A stretch of DNA of 63,384 bases, the filler included, from Licmophora abbreviata (taxonomy: Eukaryota): assembly GCA_900291995.1 (NCBI GenBank). It is 10 parts of 10 records of this genome, joined end to end, with 100 filler letters (N's around TTAATTAATTAA, not from the genome) between each part and the next. Parts side by side here need not be neighbours in the genome. Positions count along the whole stretch, not along the records: positions 1 to 1,086 come from OLMU01002660.1; positions 1,187 to 13,954 come from OLMU01002662.1; 8 more parts are not named here. One strand, 5' to 3'. The position numbers were made by a program, and so were the translations under genes. Below are positions 1-10,424 of this stretch, piece after piece. The notes under the pieces were generated by a model, which saw nothing but the letters and a program-made list of their open reading frames with translations, ran no database searches and was not told the origin of the DNA. How positions within the stretch are numbered: position 1 is the first letter of the stretch; the number at the start of each line of letters is the position of its first letter.

Positions 1-1086
1 TCAACCGCTCAAGCTATCAATTTGAGCAATGATGGGCTTGGAGAGGAACCGCCTGATGGGGCGAGCGACTTCGAACCAGACGGGAGACGGGGTAGTCGTG
101 ACGAAATGGATGATGCCGCCAGTAAGAGTGGAGAAGGTGCAAGTGGAATACAAGGAGAACGAAAAGAGCTTTTAGATGATGAAGAAGGGGTGTCACTAGA
201 ATTGGACGATTCTGGCGTGACCGGAAGAATCCATGTTCCTAGCAGCCATTCGCTAGGCTCTGCGATAACGGACCATCCTGACATCCGAGCAATGGACCCG
301 CAGGCTTCTGTAGCTTCTGCCGAAATATATGATGACCCCTCTCCAACCAAGCCTCTCGGCGCTTCCGATGCACTCGCTGCCTCAATGGAAAAAAGCAGGG
401 ACGCAGACGAGGGGGATGGATCTCGACTGCTTGAGCCTGATGCCGATGCTTACGAGGCGATGAGAGAAAGTCTTCTGAATGAAGGAATCAACAGCGACGT
501 GCAGCTTGATGCATCGGGTTTCCATGAAGAAGACTTAGACTCTACAAACCCTTCGCTTAGTGGTGAATCGGAAGAGGACGCACAGGGGAGCGATGGCTTG
601 TCTTCTGAAAATGAGAATACAGAAAGTCGGAAAAATCAGTCTCCCATGCCGAGAAATGACGATAATGACGACGATCTGACCGAGATATCGAGTCGCGAAG
701 ATGAGGCTTCTTTTCTGAAGGAACAGAATTCTTCGTTGAGTGAGAGCGGCTCACTTCAATCGTACGAGGTAGACGACGATCGTCTTGCGAGTGATAAAGA
801 TCAACACAACGTCGGCAGGATTCGATCTGCAGGAACGTGGAGCGACGCTGACGACCTGGCTCGACAGACATCTGAAGGAGGATCAACCGATCGTGCATCA
901 TCTGGCGGAACATGGAGTGACGAAGGGTCTGATCGACGGATGCCTAGAAGCGAGCATGCATCGTATGAAGAGCCCCAGGAGGCCGGTATGACCGATGAAG
1001 TCCGCAGCGACAATAAGAAGGAAACGGAATCGGCGAACGACATTGATGGTGCAACACCCAGTCAAAGAGAGTCCGGACACCTAACA
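1..1086 (+). CDS. Partial hypothetical protein, D/E/S-rich low-complexity (probably disordered); open at both ends
   Basis: Frame +1 has no stop from base 1 to the gap at 1087. Very acidic/Ser-rich composition, with a small internal repeat 'S(A/G)GTWSD' x2. No domain recognised. Confidence 0.65.
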
Positions 1087-1186
1087 NNNNNNNNNNNNNN
1101 NNNNNNNNNNNNNNNNNNNNNNNNNNNNNNTTAATTAATTAANNNNNNNNNNNNNNNNNNNNNNNNNNNNNNNNNNNNNNNNNNNN
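1087..1186. other. Artificial scaffold spacer (N44-TTAATTAATTAA-N44)
   Basis: Identical 100-nt layout at nine positions; the 12-mer has stops in all six frames. Confidence 0.98.
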
Positions 1187-1296
1187 CCACCTTCTCTTCA
1201 AAAACTATTGAATTGTATATAACAATGAATACAATTTATTACTGCGTCCGTTGAGACGACTAGAAGTCATTTATTTTTGGGCACGATTGATACACC

Positions 1297-3240
1297 ATGA
1301 AGCCCATTGGGGAAGCGGCACCCAACAACAAATTGATGCATCGCGTTGTGCTTTGTTGTTTTCTGTTACTTGACACTACCAAGAAGTGAGGGCGCCGATC
1401 GTTTCATTCAAAGGAAGAGCAACAGAAAACAAGCTACTACTGAGTCGAAAGATGAGTGAAACACCGACGACCATGCCGACAAGCTCCCTGTGGCCAACGT
1501 CCTCTCCTTGGCCCACTGCAAGTGCCACGCCGACCGGTTCTCCCTTTCCGACAAGTTCGTCTTGGCCGACGGCGAGTGGGACGCCCACCTCGTCTCCATT
1601 CCCGACTGCAAGTGGGACACCGACGGCGTCGCCCTTCCCTACTATGTCCTTGTGGCCAACCGCAAGTGGGACACCGACGAGTTCTCCATTCCCAACGGCA
1701 AGCGGAACCCCTACGGCATCGCCCTATCCAACGGCAAGTGGGACGCCAACCCAGAGTCCATTCCCGACATGGACTCAAATTCCGACTGCAAATGTGGGTG
1801 AGACGAAAAGCTCGGTTGGGTACAGTCACAGTTGCAACAACTTTAAGTCCGGGCAGAAGGGACATGTCGAAACAGACATCATTTTCACGTACATTGCGGA
1901 AGCCAAAACATCGTCCACAGATTTCATGACGGATCTCGAACTCCATTTGATGGACCATGCGGCATCCGAATCATTGGAGTGCTTTGAGGGCAACGCCCTT
2001 CATGTGTACAGGATTGGGTACCCCGAAAATGGCGCGGCGTCGGTGGCACGTAAGTTTCATTTAACATGTTTCCATGGGATTGTGTCTAGTCGCCTCATGG
2101 TGCGAGTTATCTTCTGACAATGCTCCATATCTCCCTTCTTTAGGACCCTGCGAGGTATCACACCCCGAGGCCATCGCATGCTGGATTCTGCAGACGCACA
2201 TGCTAGTGATATCCGACGCGTCGTCGGCCTTGACCGCGAAAGAAAACTTGCTGACACTACTTGATTTAGAGCTGACCGATGGAGCGCTGGCGGAAGAAGA
2301 CTTTCCCGAACTGGTACATACAGAGTATCTTGGCCCGGATCCAGTTGATTCCGCACTGATTGCTGACGGGGCCGGTCTCAATCCAACGAATGGCGGGAAT
2401 GGAGATGGCAACACAGACACTGTTCTACTTGCCGTAGCGATTGCCAGCGCCGTTCTCGCCATATTATCTCTTGCTGCCTTTGTCGGTCTGTTCTTTTATG
2501 TACGACGCAAGAAGACAACCTTTGTGATTGATGAGTACACTGGAGGAGAAGATGGAAGAGGCACGGAAACGCTGGAAATCTCAGAGCTCCTGCACCAGTC
2601 ACGCCAGCGACTTCAAGAGGTGACTCCTATTTCGTCGTCGAAGAGTTATGGCTATGACAACGATGATGACAAAGAAGAAGTGTATCAAATCGACGTTGCG
2701 GAGCTTATGACTACCAAGGAAGGAAGGCGCGCCTTGAAACGTGACTTGACCAAATCGTCGTACCGGGACCTCAAGAAGAGTAGCGGCAGCGAGCATTCCA
2801 AGTCAAGCCGTCAGTCTTCAAGGGGCAAGAAGTCCACTAGTTCCAGAGCGTCTCAACAGAGTACGATTATTAGCCCACGGCGATCTGACAACGAGCTTGC
2901 AGTGCCAGCTTCGCCGACACGTCGCTATTCGAAGGAACGAGGACCTCAGTCGTTTCGACAGACTCCAGAAAACGTTCGGGGCAGCGCAACAACGCACGAT
3001 CACTACTCCTTATCTTCTTCTTCTTCGAACGCATCTAGCCGAAAGGAGAAACAGACATCATCCCTGTACGACGATCCAAACGATGGAAGCGAACGAATCT
3101 TGAAAAAGAAAGCATCGGTGCGATCCTCATCATCGGGGAAGGGGCGACACAGCGACTATCATTTTCTGTCGAGCTCAAGTGGCAACAAACTGGATCCAGA
3201 GGGAGATTCGGATGGTTTGAGGGGAAGAAACGTAGTGTAG
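1297..3240 (+). CDS. Type I membrane protein: probable signal peptide, Thr/Ser/Pro mucin-like repeats, Cys-containing ectodomain, one TM helix, Ser/Arg/Lys-rich tail
   Basis: Exons ~1297-2049 and 2144-3240; intron 2050-2143 (GTAAGT...TTTAG) joins the two ORFs in frame (..VA-R-PCEVSHP). TM 'VLLAVAIASAVLAILSLAAFVGLFFYV' is followed by RRKK. The signal-like 'MHRVVLCCFLLL' lies in another frame and needs a 1-nt indel near 1372-1380, so the start is uncertain. Confidence 0.7.
1476..1790 (+). repeat. Coding tandem repeat, units PTASGTPT(S/A)SP(F/Y) (36 bp) interspersed with PTxS(L/S/P)W (18 bp)
   Basis: Visible in translation and DNA (repeated gcaagtgggacacc / tctccattccc). Confidence 0.9.
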
Positions 3241-3352
3241 GTTTCACTGGGAAGTATTCTATTGTAAGCGCGGGGTCGCCAGTGCCATTGTCCTCTACTC
3301 TCATATCTCTTATCGTGCCGCGCTACTACTGGTAGAGCTGACTGTAGGTAAT

Positions 3353-4249
3353 CTATTTCTGACTCTGAGCCCATTCCGGCAGATCCTTGTCGTTCGCCAA
3401 CCACTGCAGTTCTTCCGGCGTACTCATTCTTCCCATTTTGTCGTTGCGATGCGGATAGCGTCCAAATCGATCAATGACTTGCTTGTGATCCACTTCTTGC
3501 TTCAACTGAATCTCCCACCACTTGTCGAGATGATCCGGTGACGACGTTCGGGCCCAGTCCACCACCTTCAAACACAACTCGTGATCGTGCAGAGACTCGG
3601 AATGCATCAATGCCGTCGCACAAAAGAACGCCAGGGGAGGATAGAATTCACCCTCCCAGCTTGGTGTTGGTATACTACTAGTACTATCATCACAGTATGT
3701 TTCCGACAGTGCTCTCGCAATGTCGTTCGCCACACAGTCATATTGATAGGCCTCATCCTGTCCTCGAAAACAGTTTCGTGACAATTGATCGCACAGTATG
3801 AGCTGTGCCATTTGACCATTGACAGTGGTGGACCACGAGGAATCGTTCGTAATGTGGGGGTCCTTGTTCCCGACCTGTCTCACGAGAGGCGCAAAGGCCG
3901 ATGTGCAGAGTGCGTCGTAGTCGGCATGACCTCCGAACCAAAAGCCAGTCATTTCGTACAAGTACTTGCCCTGTCGGAGTTCCTCGGGTGCCTCTGGCTT
4001 GCTCATATCGACTCCCTGTGTATGTGAACAAGAGGTGATTCATCATTACGTGTGTGTGAGTAATACTATACACTGGGAAATTATACAGAGTACCATGTAT
4101 ATCGCGCCACCGGACGCCGCGTCGCTCACCAAAAAGAAGGACAAGACGGACTCGGGTTTGCTTGGACTCGCCAGTGCTGCACGCACACAGGGGCGAGCAG
4201 CAAAGTCTGCCACAGCGGCCGATGTCAAGGCCAAGGATGCGAATGTCAT
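3353..4249 (-). CDS. DUF924 family protein
   Basis: Motifs FWFGG, LILCDQLSRNCFRG, LMHSESL, VIDRFGRYPHRN..GR.STPEE..WL. Exon 1 4249-4130, intron 4129-4016 (GTGAGC...CACAG), exon 2 4015-3353 in frame (..VLSFFL-GVDMSKP). Confidence 0.88.
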
Positions 4250-4483
4250 GGTGAGGAAGACAATTGTGTCCGGTGTGCCGGTGTGATGTGTGAAGGCGAC
4301 TCGACTTGGTGCCACGCGTAAGCACACCAATTAACTACAGAGCAAAATCCAAATTTCACAAGTGAAATCTGTGATGAAATCTTTCCATCACCGAGAGGCG
4401 CCGATCCATCACAGATGATGTCCTCATGGCGAGACTGCAGAGGCCCGCATCAACAGAACGACTGTACTCGGCGCTCCAAGACC

Positions 4484-5830
4484 ATGTCGACCTTCCGACC
4501 ATACCTCTTTGCTTTCCTATTGCTGACCTTCGTGATTGGCTCCTCGTTGGCATGGATGAATCCTTCTCTGATGCAGAAGCCATCGAGAATAGGGGCATCA
4601 TCAGCGGAGCATGATGCGACGACGACGAGATCCACGGTGGCGGATACTCCTCCTCATGGGAGCACTGCGATGCTTGTAACGAATCGAATCGATGACCAGC
4701 AGTCGTCTCCTCCATCCTCTCGACGACAATGGTTCTCCCAGGTCACTTCATCCGCAGCGGCTGGTCTAGTGATTTCCCAAACCGTCACGGCACCCTCGCA
4801 TGCAGCGACTGCTTCATCGTCTACTCTTGCCAGACCCACACCCGCTCTCTGCGACCCTAGCGTATCCGTCTGGCAAAATTCAAAGACCGGGCGCTTTGTT
4901 TACCTGGTAGGCACGGCTCATATCTCCTCTCAGTCCGCCATGCTGGCAGGAGACGTCGTGCACGACGTATCCCCCCGGGCCGTCTTTGTCGAACTCGATG
5001 CCAAGAGAATCGGTGCCGCGGCGGGCGGCAAAACTGGGAGTGGGAGTGAGAAGACTAGTAGCAATATACAGGTGCGACCGATCACAGGCAGTTCCACTTT
5101 TCAGCAGGAGGAGACAAGTGCTGTGCCAACAGCGACATCGGGGGTCGGGAGTAACAGTGGTCTCGCATGGGCGGCGACAGATCCAGGGAGCCTCGATTAC
5201 AGTAATGACGGCGCTCCCACCACTGCTCCACCCGCTCGTTCCAATCCCTTTGATCTTCGACAACGAGCCATGCAAGCCGCATCGACGGCTGTCGGGAATG
5301 CGATTCGAGGCATGTATAAGAAATTGGACACGTCTGGTTTCAAGCCGGGCGAGGAGTTTGTTATGGCCGTGCGGGAGGGACAAAAGGTGGGTGCCACCAT
5401 TGTACTGGGAGACCGTGACGTGGAAGTTACTTTGCGACGACTGACGCAGGCTTTGGCAGAGACGGATCTCAATCAGCTCATGTCCCCTGACAGTGACTTG
5501 GAACGAAGCATGCAAGAACTCTTGCCCTCGGGTAGTCCCTCTCCGAACAGTAGCGATGCGGACTTCAAGGACGAAATGACCCAATACGTCGAGGTTATGA
5601 AGGCCAAGGAGAATGTGAAGAAAATCATGAGTCAGTTGCAAAAGGCAGCACCGAAACTTTACGAGGCTCTGGTGGCGGAACGGGACGTGTACATGGCGTC
5701 GGGGCTGGATCAGCTCAATCAGTTCTCAACGATTGTGGCAGTCATGGGGATTGCGCATGTGGATGGTGTCGAGACGTATCTGCAGGGGCATGGGTGGAAG
5801 CCTATGAAGCTAAGGTGTCCGAAGCGGTAG
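4484..5830 (+). CDS. TraB/PrgY/GumN (TraB-domain) protein with plastid presequence and a likely thylakoid-lumen signal
   Basis: Motifs VYLVGTAHIS, VFVELD, PGEEF, IVLGDRDVEVTLRR, LVAERDVYMA, VAVMGIAHVDG. Signal peptide ends SSLA-W, followed by a Ser/Thr-rich transit and SRRQWF...PSHAA. Confidence 0.88.
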   Translation: MSTFRPYLFAFLLLTFVIGSSLAWMNPSLMQKPSRIGASSAEHDATTTRSTVADTPPHGSTAMLVTNRIDDQQSSPPSSRRQWFSQVTSSAAAGLVISQTVTAPSHAATASSSTLARPTPALCDPSVSVWQNSKTGRFVYLVGTAHISSQSAMLAGDVVHDVSPRAVFVELDAKRIGAAAGGKTGSGSEKTSSNIQVRPITGSSTFQQEETSAVPTATSGVGSNSGLAWAATDPGSLDYSNDGAPTTAPPARSNPFDLRQRAMQAASTAVGNAIRGMYKKLDTSGFKPGEEFVMAVREGQKVGATIVLGDRDVEVTLRRLTQALAETDLNQLMSPDSDLERSMQELLPSGSPSPNSSDADFKDEMTQYVEVMKAKENVKKIMSQLQKAAPKLYEALVAERDVYMASGLDQLNQFSTIVAVMGIAHVDGVETYLQGHGWKPMKLRCPKR

Positions 5831-5911
5831 TTTGTTATTATAGTGTCAGCTAGCTGACTAGCTAACTAAAACATGACTTGCCGACGCGTTGGAAGTATCG
5901 TCGAGTTGGAA

Positions 5912-8648
5912 CTATCTTTGATCAGAAGTTTGCGCCGTGAACACATCTGGAGCAACACTTCGAGCCATACCAAGCACACGTGTGTCTTGTCCAAAGCCAT
6001 CATCACAGCATGTCTGGTAAGCCTTCTTCACGGTCTCAACAATGCTTGTCGGGTCGCCAGCATTTCGACAGGCATGTAAGAAGTTCTTGCAGCAGTATGC
6101 ATTCGATCGTAGCGTGTTTGAGGGATCGTGGATCTTCTCCCATATCTCTTCAGCTAAGTAGTACGCGGCCTTCTCCCGTGAGAGGGAACACGCTCGGATA
6201 CATTCGCTTAGTTCACCTATCGTCGGTTGCAGTCCTCTCTCGTCCATCTCAGCCAATACATGGCGGACTAAGTCCAGTTTGTCGGGTCGACGAGAGTTCG
6301 AAATCGCCGTGAGGACAGCATGATATGTTCGATTGTTTGGAGCGGCACGAGCATCCCGCAACTCTTTCATTTCCTCGACAATTTCAAAACATCGGTCTAC
6401 GGCGTCTGGATGTCGAGTTACACTCCAGGCGCGGATGGCAGCAGTGTACACGACCGTGTTCGGTTTGCAGCGTTCGTTACCAGCTTGATACATACTCTTC
6501 ATATGTTCAAGATATCGATCTGTCTTCTTCCCCGCTTGGGGGTCCAAGCTGTTGGTCAGTCCAGCCATGGCCGTAGAGAATGAGAATACGTCCGGCTGGA
6601 CAAAGCTGTCGCCATCACTCATCCGCAGCAAAATCTCTTCAGCCCGTTGCACTGCCTGTTCGCTACGACTTCTCGCGCACGCATGAAGGAGTGAGTTGTA
6701 AATTGCGGTGCTCGGCGCGAGCTCTTTCTCCCCTTCTTGACTCTTTTCTTCCAACTCTTTCACTAAAAGCTCTGCTCGACGCACGTCACCTTGTTTGGCA
6801 AAGCAATCCAAAAGTCCACTATAGGAATGTAGGTCTGGCTTGACCCCCATCTGACCTTCGCCCACCAATCGCTCCATTTCCTGAAAGAGTGCAACCGCCT
6901 TGTCGGGGCCTTCCTTCCGCTTGCTACGAGCCCAAGCATTGATAAGCATGCCGTACGAATAGAGTATTTGGAAGAACGCCCTCTCTCTTCATTTCATTAA
7001 AAATGGCCTCCGCTTGATCCGGTGCATCCGACAGTCGACTTCGTGATACCGCATCCAGAAGGACAGTGTAGGTGACAACGTCAGGCTTCAACGCATCATT
7101 CCCACCCTTGTACAAATCGCGTAGACTCTGAAACATGGCCTGTACCCGTTCCAATGTGTCCTTTCGTTCAGATTTTACAAAACAGTCCATCGCAGCGTTG
7201 AACGAGATGAGCTGTGGTTCAACGTCGTCCATGCCTGACTGATGCAAATCTTGCATGCGTCGTATTATCGCCTCGGCTCTTTCCCCCGACTCCTTGCGCT
7301 TCGACTTGGCCCAACAGTGAATGACACTACTTAAGATAGCGACATTGGGGTTGAGCCCAATGACCTGCATGCGTTGCAGCAAGGCTTCCGCTCGTACAGG
7401 CGCGTCCGGTTCTCCGCTCTGGGCCAGCGCATTGAAGACCGCCCCAAACGTCACTACGTTCGGTCTCAGATGCTTCATTCCTGTGCTGATTGACAAGTCT
7501 TGCATATCCAGTAGAACCATCTCGGCACGTTTCACGCAACCTGGCTTTTGACTTTTCGCCAAGGCGTCAATGAGTGCACTGAACACCACCACATTGGGCA
7601 AAAATTCGGGATCCCTGCCATGCATCTCATATCGCTGCTTCATACGCTGGACGGTCGCTTCCGCATCTTCGACTTGCCCATGTCTCGCAAAAGCCGCCAC
7701 AACGGACGAGTACGTGTGTGTATTGGGCTTGACAGACGTATTGCCGTCATCGTAGACTTGTTCCATTTTGCGCAAAATCGCATCCGCGCGCTGCGCCGCG
7801 TTGGGGTCCGTCTGGTTCTTGGCCCATGCCGAGAGGACTCCCGAAAAGGTATACGTGTCTGGTGCAATCGAATGCACTTGCTGCATGCGCTTGAGAAGTT
7901 CCTCTGCCTTGTGAGGAGCTTCGGGTAAGTCCGAGTCCGCGTGGGCGTGAATCAAAATGTTGTAAAACTTGAGTCCGGGGTTTTGGTTGTCACGCTCCAG
8001 GCGTTCCAGTAGCTCTTCGCCCAACTGGGCCCCGCCTACGGGATCCAAATGTTGTTTGGTGACGTAGTGCACGATTCTACCGTAAATAGGGATATCTGGC
8101 AATACAACAGGGGCATAGGAATCGATGCGTTTGAGTATCTCGCGACCCGTCAAGTGACTCTGCGGCGTATGCTGCCAGCAATTTACAGATCGGTCGAGCC
8201 ATAGAACCAGACTTGGTGATTCTTCGAGATTACTGGCACGAATCTGTTCCACCGCAAGATCCATAATGCCCCAACAGTGCTGTACTCCTAACAATGTATG
8301 TTGCGTCGCCCAGAATTGAAGAGCGTGCTGGAGAGGCACAAATATTCGGTTGTGCTCTTGTGCGGCAATCGGGGTGGCCAAGAGACGAGTCGTTTCCTTT
8401 TCCCAAAAGGCGAGATTCGATGCATGGACTATGGATGCAGTGTTGCTACCGTCGGAGTTCAATCGCGAGGACGACGACGACGACGATGATGAATGGAATC
8501 GATAGAGCAGTCTGCGGTCAGAGCTTGCGCACCGGCGGTACGACGCCGCCTCTGGTAGTGTTTGCAGCGTGGGCGTTCGGCTGGAACATGATTTTCGCGC
8601 TTGCCCGGACAGTAAGTTCGCAAATTTTAGCACCGAGCGTCTTCTCAT
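5912..8648 (-). CDS. Pentatricopeptide-repeat (PPR) protein, about 910 aa, probably mitochondrial; 1-nt frameshift near 6957-6965
   Basis: Many ~35-aa PPR units (PDTYTFSGVLSAWAK, PNVVVFSALIDALAK, PDVVTYTVLLDAVSR, PDLHSYSGLLDCFAK). Arg-rich N-terminus. Removing one base joins ORFs 8648-6924 and 6949-5912 as PNTLSYGMLINAWAR. Confidence 0.88.
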
Positions 8649-9024
8649 TGTATGGTAGTGCGTTGAATATCGGTATCATCTGCTACGCCATGGTCTTGTA
8701 ACACATCATCATGAGAGCATGGTCAGTGGTGTCTGTCGTCTGGTGAGGGTGATGGAAGAAAGCACCGCACACACCGCGCGGTGCGCAACCGCGCCAAACC
8801 AGTGAGTAGAGACCGCGCGTTGGCCCGCGCGCATCACATCAACTTTCCGCGTGGAAGTGCATCACCGGGAACAAAAAGATGGCGTGCTAGAATCCAACAC
8901 GCGACACATTCCGCACAACGATCATTGCAGTCGCGGTCTCGGCATCACTCGAAACGGTTGGCGTTCTACTCTCCCAAGAGCCCGTTGCTGCCAGTTTGAA
9001 ATTTAACGGATTGGATCGCTAAAA

Positions 9025-10087
9025 ATGAGAAAAGAAAGTCGTATATCGACACTGAAACTTTGGAGCGACACTGCTTTGCTCGTCGTACTATTGGTGATGA
9101 TGGGCGCGCCTGCACGTGCCAACAATAAGTTGCCGAGCAGCCACTCCCGGATGTGGACTCGACACGTCCCTCCGACAGCATTTCGACGAACTGAATATGA
9201 CAAGTCGCTCCCATCTTCTCTCGCTTCGTTTCTGACTTCGGTACGAGGAGGTAGTGATAAACGTGGATACTACTACGAAGATGAGTACCGTCCCGACGAT
9301 CGACATTCACGACGCGGTGACGAGGATCCATATTATGACGATCGACGAGATGGGCGCTACTATGGGGATCAGCAGCAACAGGAGGGATACGGCTATGGCG
9401 AACGTGATTTTGATGATCGGGGGACGAGACGAGTAAGATTTACCCGACACGCTTGTGCGATGTCTATCAACAGTCAGGCAACGGCTGTGTGGCTCACCGC
9501 TTTCTTATCCCTCTGACTTTTTGCTCTAGAGCTCCAATGGCTCCTCAGTATCATCCAACATGCCTTCAATATTGAAAACAGGCGATCGGAGGATTGGGTT
9601 GCTCCTCCTTGGTTCTGGCGGACTCGTGACTTTTCTTGGCATTACCATGTTTTTCAATAAGACTCTCTTGCGACTCGGCAACTTGCTGGTGATTGCAGGA
9701 GTTCCCATGACGATTGGACCAGGCCGAACGGCGGGATACTTTTTCCAACCCCGCAAAGCTCGTTCCACAGCATGTTTGGCAATTGGAATTCTCTTGGTTC
9801 TCATGAAGCATCCCATTTTTGGCATGACTCTAGAGATATTTGGCTTGATGAACCTCTTTGGCAACATGTTCCCCTTGGTGACGGCCATGATGAAGCAAAT
9901 GCCCATTATAGGGCCATTAATGAAATCAGCGAGTGGGACCAACCAACGAAACAAGAGGCGGGATGATCGGGGATACGAGCAGGACGATCGAGGATATGAG
10001 CAGGACGATCGATACTATGGCGGTGGTGGTGGCTACGAGGGCGATGATCGCGGGGGCGACCGGGGATCAAACGAAAGGTACTATTGA
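9025..10087 (+). CDS. Got1/SFT2-like vesicle transport membrane protein with N-terminal signal peptide and D/R/Y/G-rich extensions
   Basis: Core 'DRRIGLLLLGSGGLVTFLGITMFFNKTLLRLGNLLVIAG...IG..RT..YF...LEIFGLMNLFGNMFP..MPIIG' matches the Got1 pattern. Exons 9025-9432 and 9530-10087, with a phase-0 intron GTAAGA...CTAG. Confidence 0.82.
9962..10012 (+). repeat. 21-bp coding tandem repeat (DDRGYEQ x2 + DDR)
   Basis: gatgatcggggatacgagcag / gacgatcgaggatatgagcag / gacgatcga. Confidence 0.85.
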
Positions 10088-10424
10088 GCAATCCTACATA
10101 AGATCTATGAACAAACTACGGAAGCTGTTGCTTTGCAGCCACCGTGGGTCTGAGTTTGCCGAGGGCTTGTTGTTTTCTTCGATATTCAACTAGATCGATA
10201 GGCATCCTCGTGGGCTATGAAAGAAGGAGTCAGGAATTTCGACGGATGAGCTTTGTCACACACGCGCGCCGCCGATCAAAGATTGTTCCTGTCCACTCAA
10301 CATTGCCCGCCAAAGTTCGAAACGACGGTCACTTTCTCATCACTGTGATGCCGACCATGGTGACGAAAGAAGGTCGCGTCATCAAACTTCCAGCTTCTCT
10401 CCATTTGTCTTGATCCGTTCCACC

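Noticed and set aside
1476..1790. Regularly spaced ~36-bp repeats suggesting a CRISPR-like array
   Set aside because: Units are contiguous, multiples of three, vary at synonymous positions and encode PTS repeats; no unique spacers or cas genes.
3966..4330. Independent small ORFs between DUF924 and TraB
   Set aside because: Explained by exon 1 and the intron of the DUF924 gene on the minus strand.
4484..5830. TraB as evidence of a conjugative element or bacterial contamination
   Set aside because: It is the TraB/PrgY/GumN domain family that is widespread in eukaryotes; it has a plastid presequence and intron-containing neighbours.
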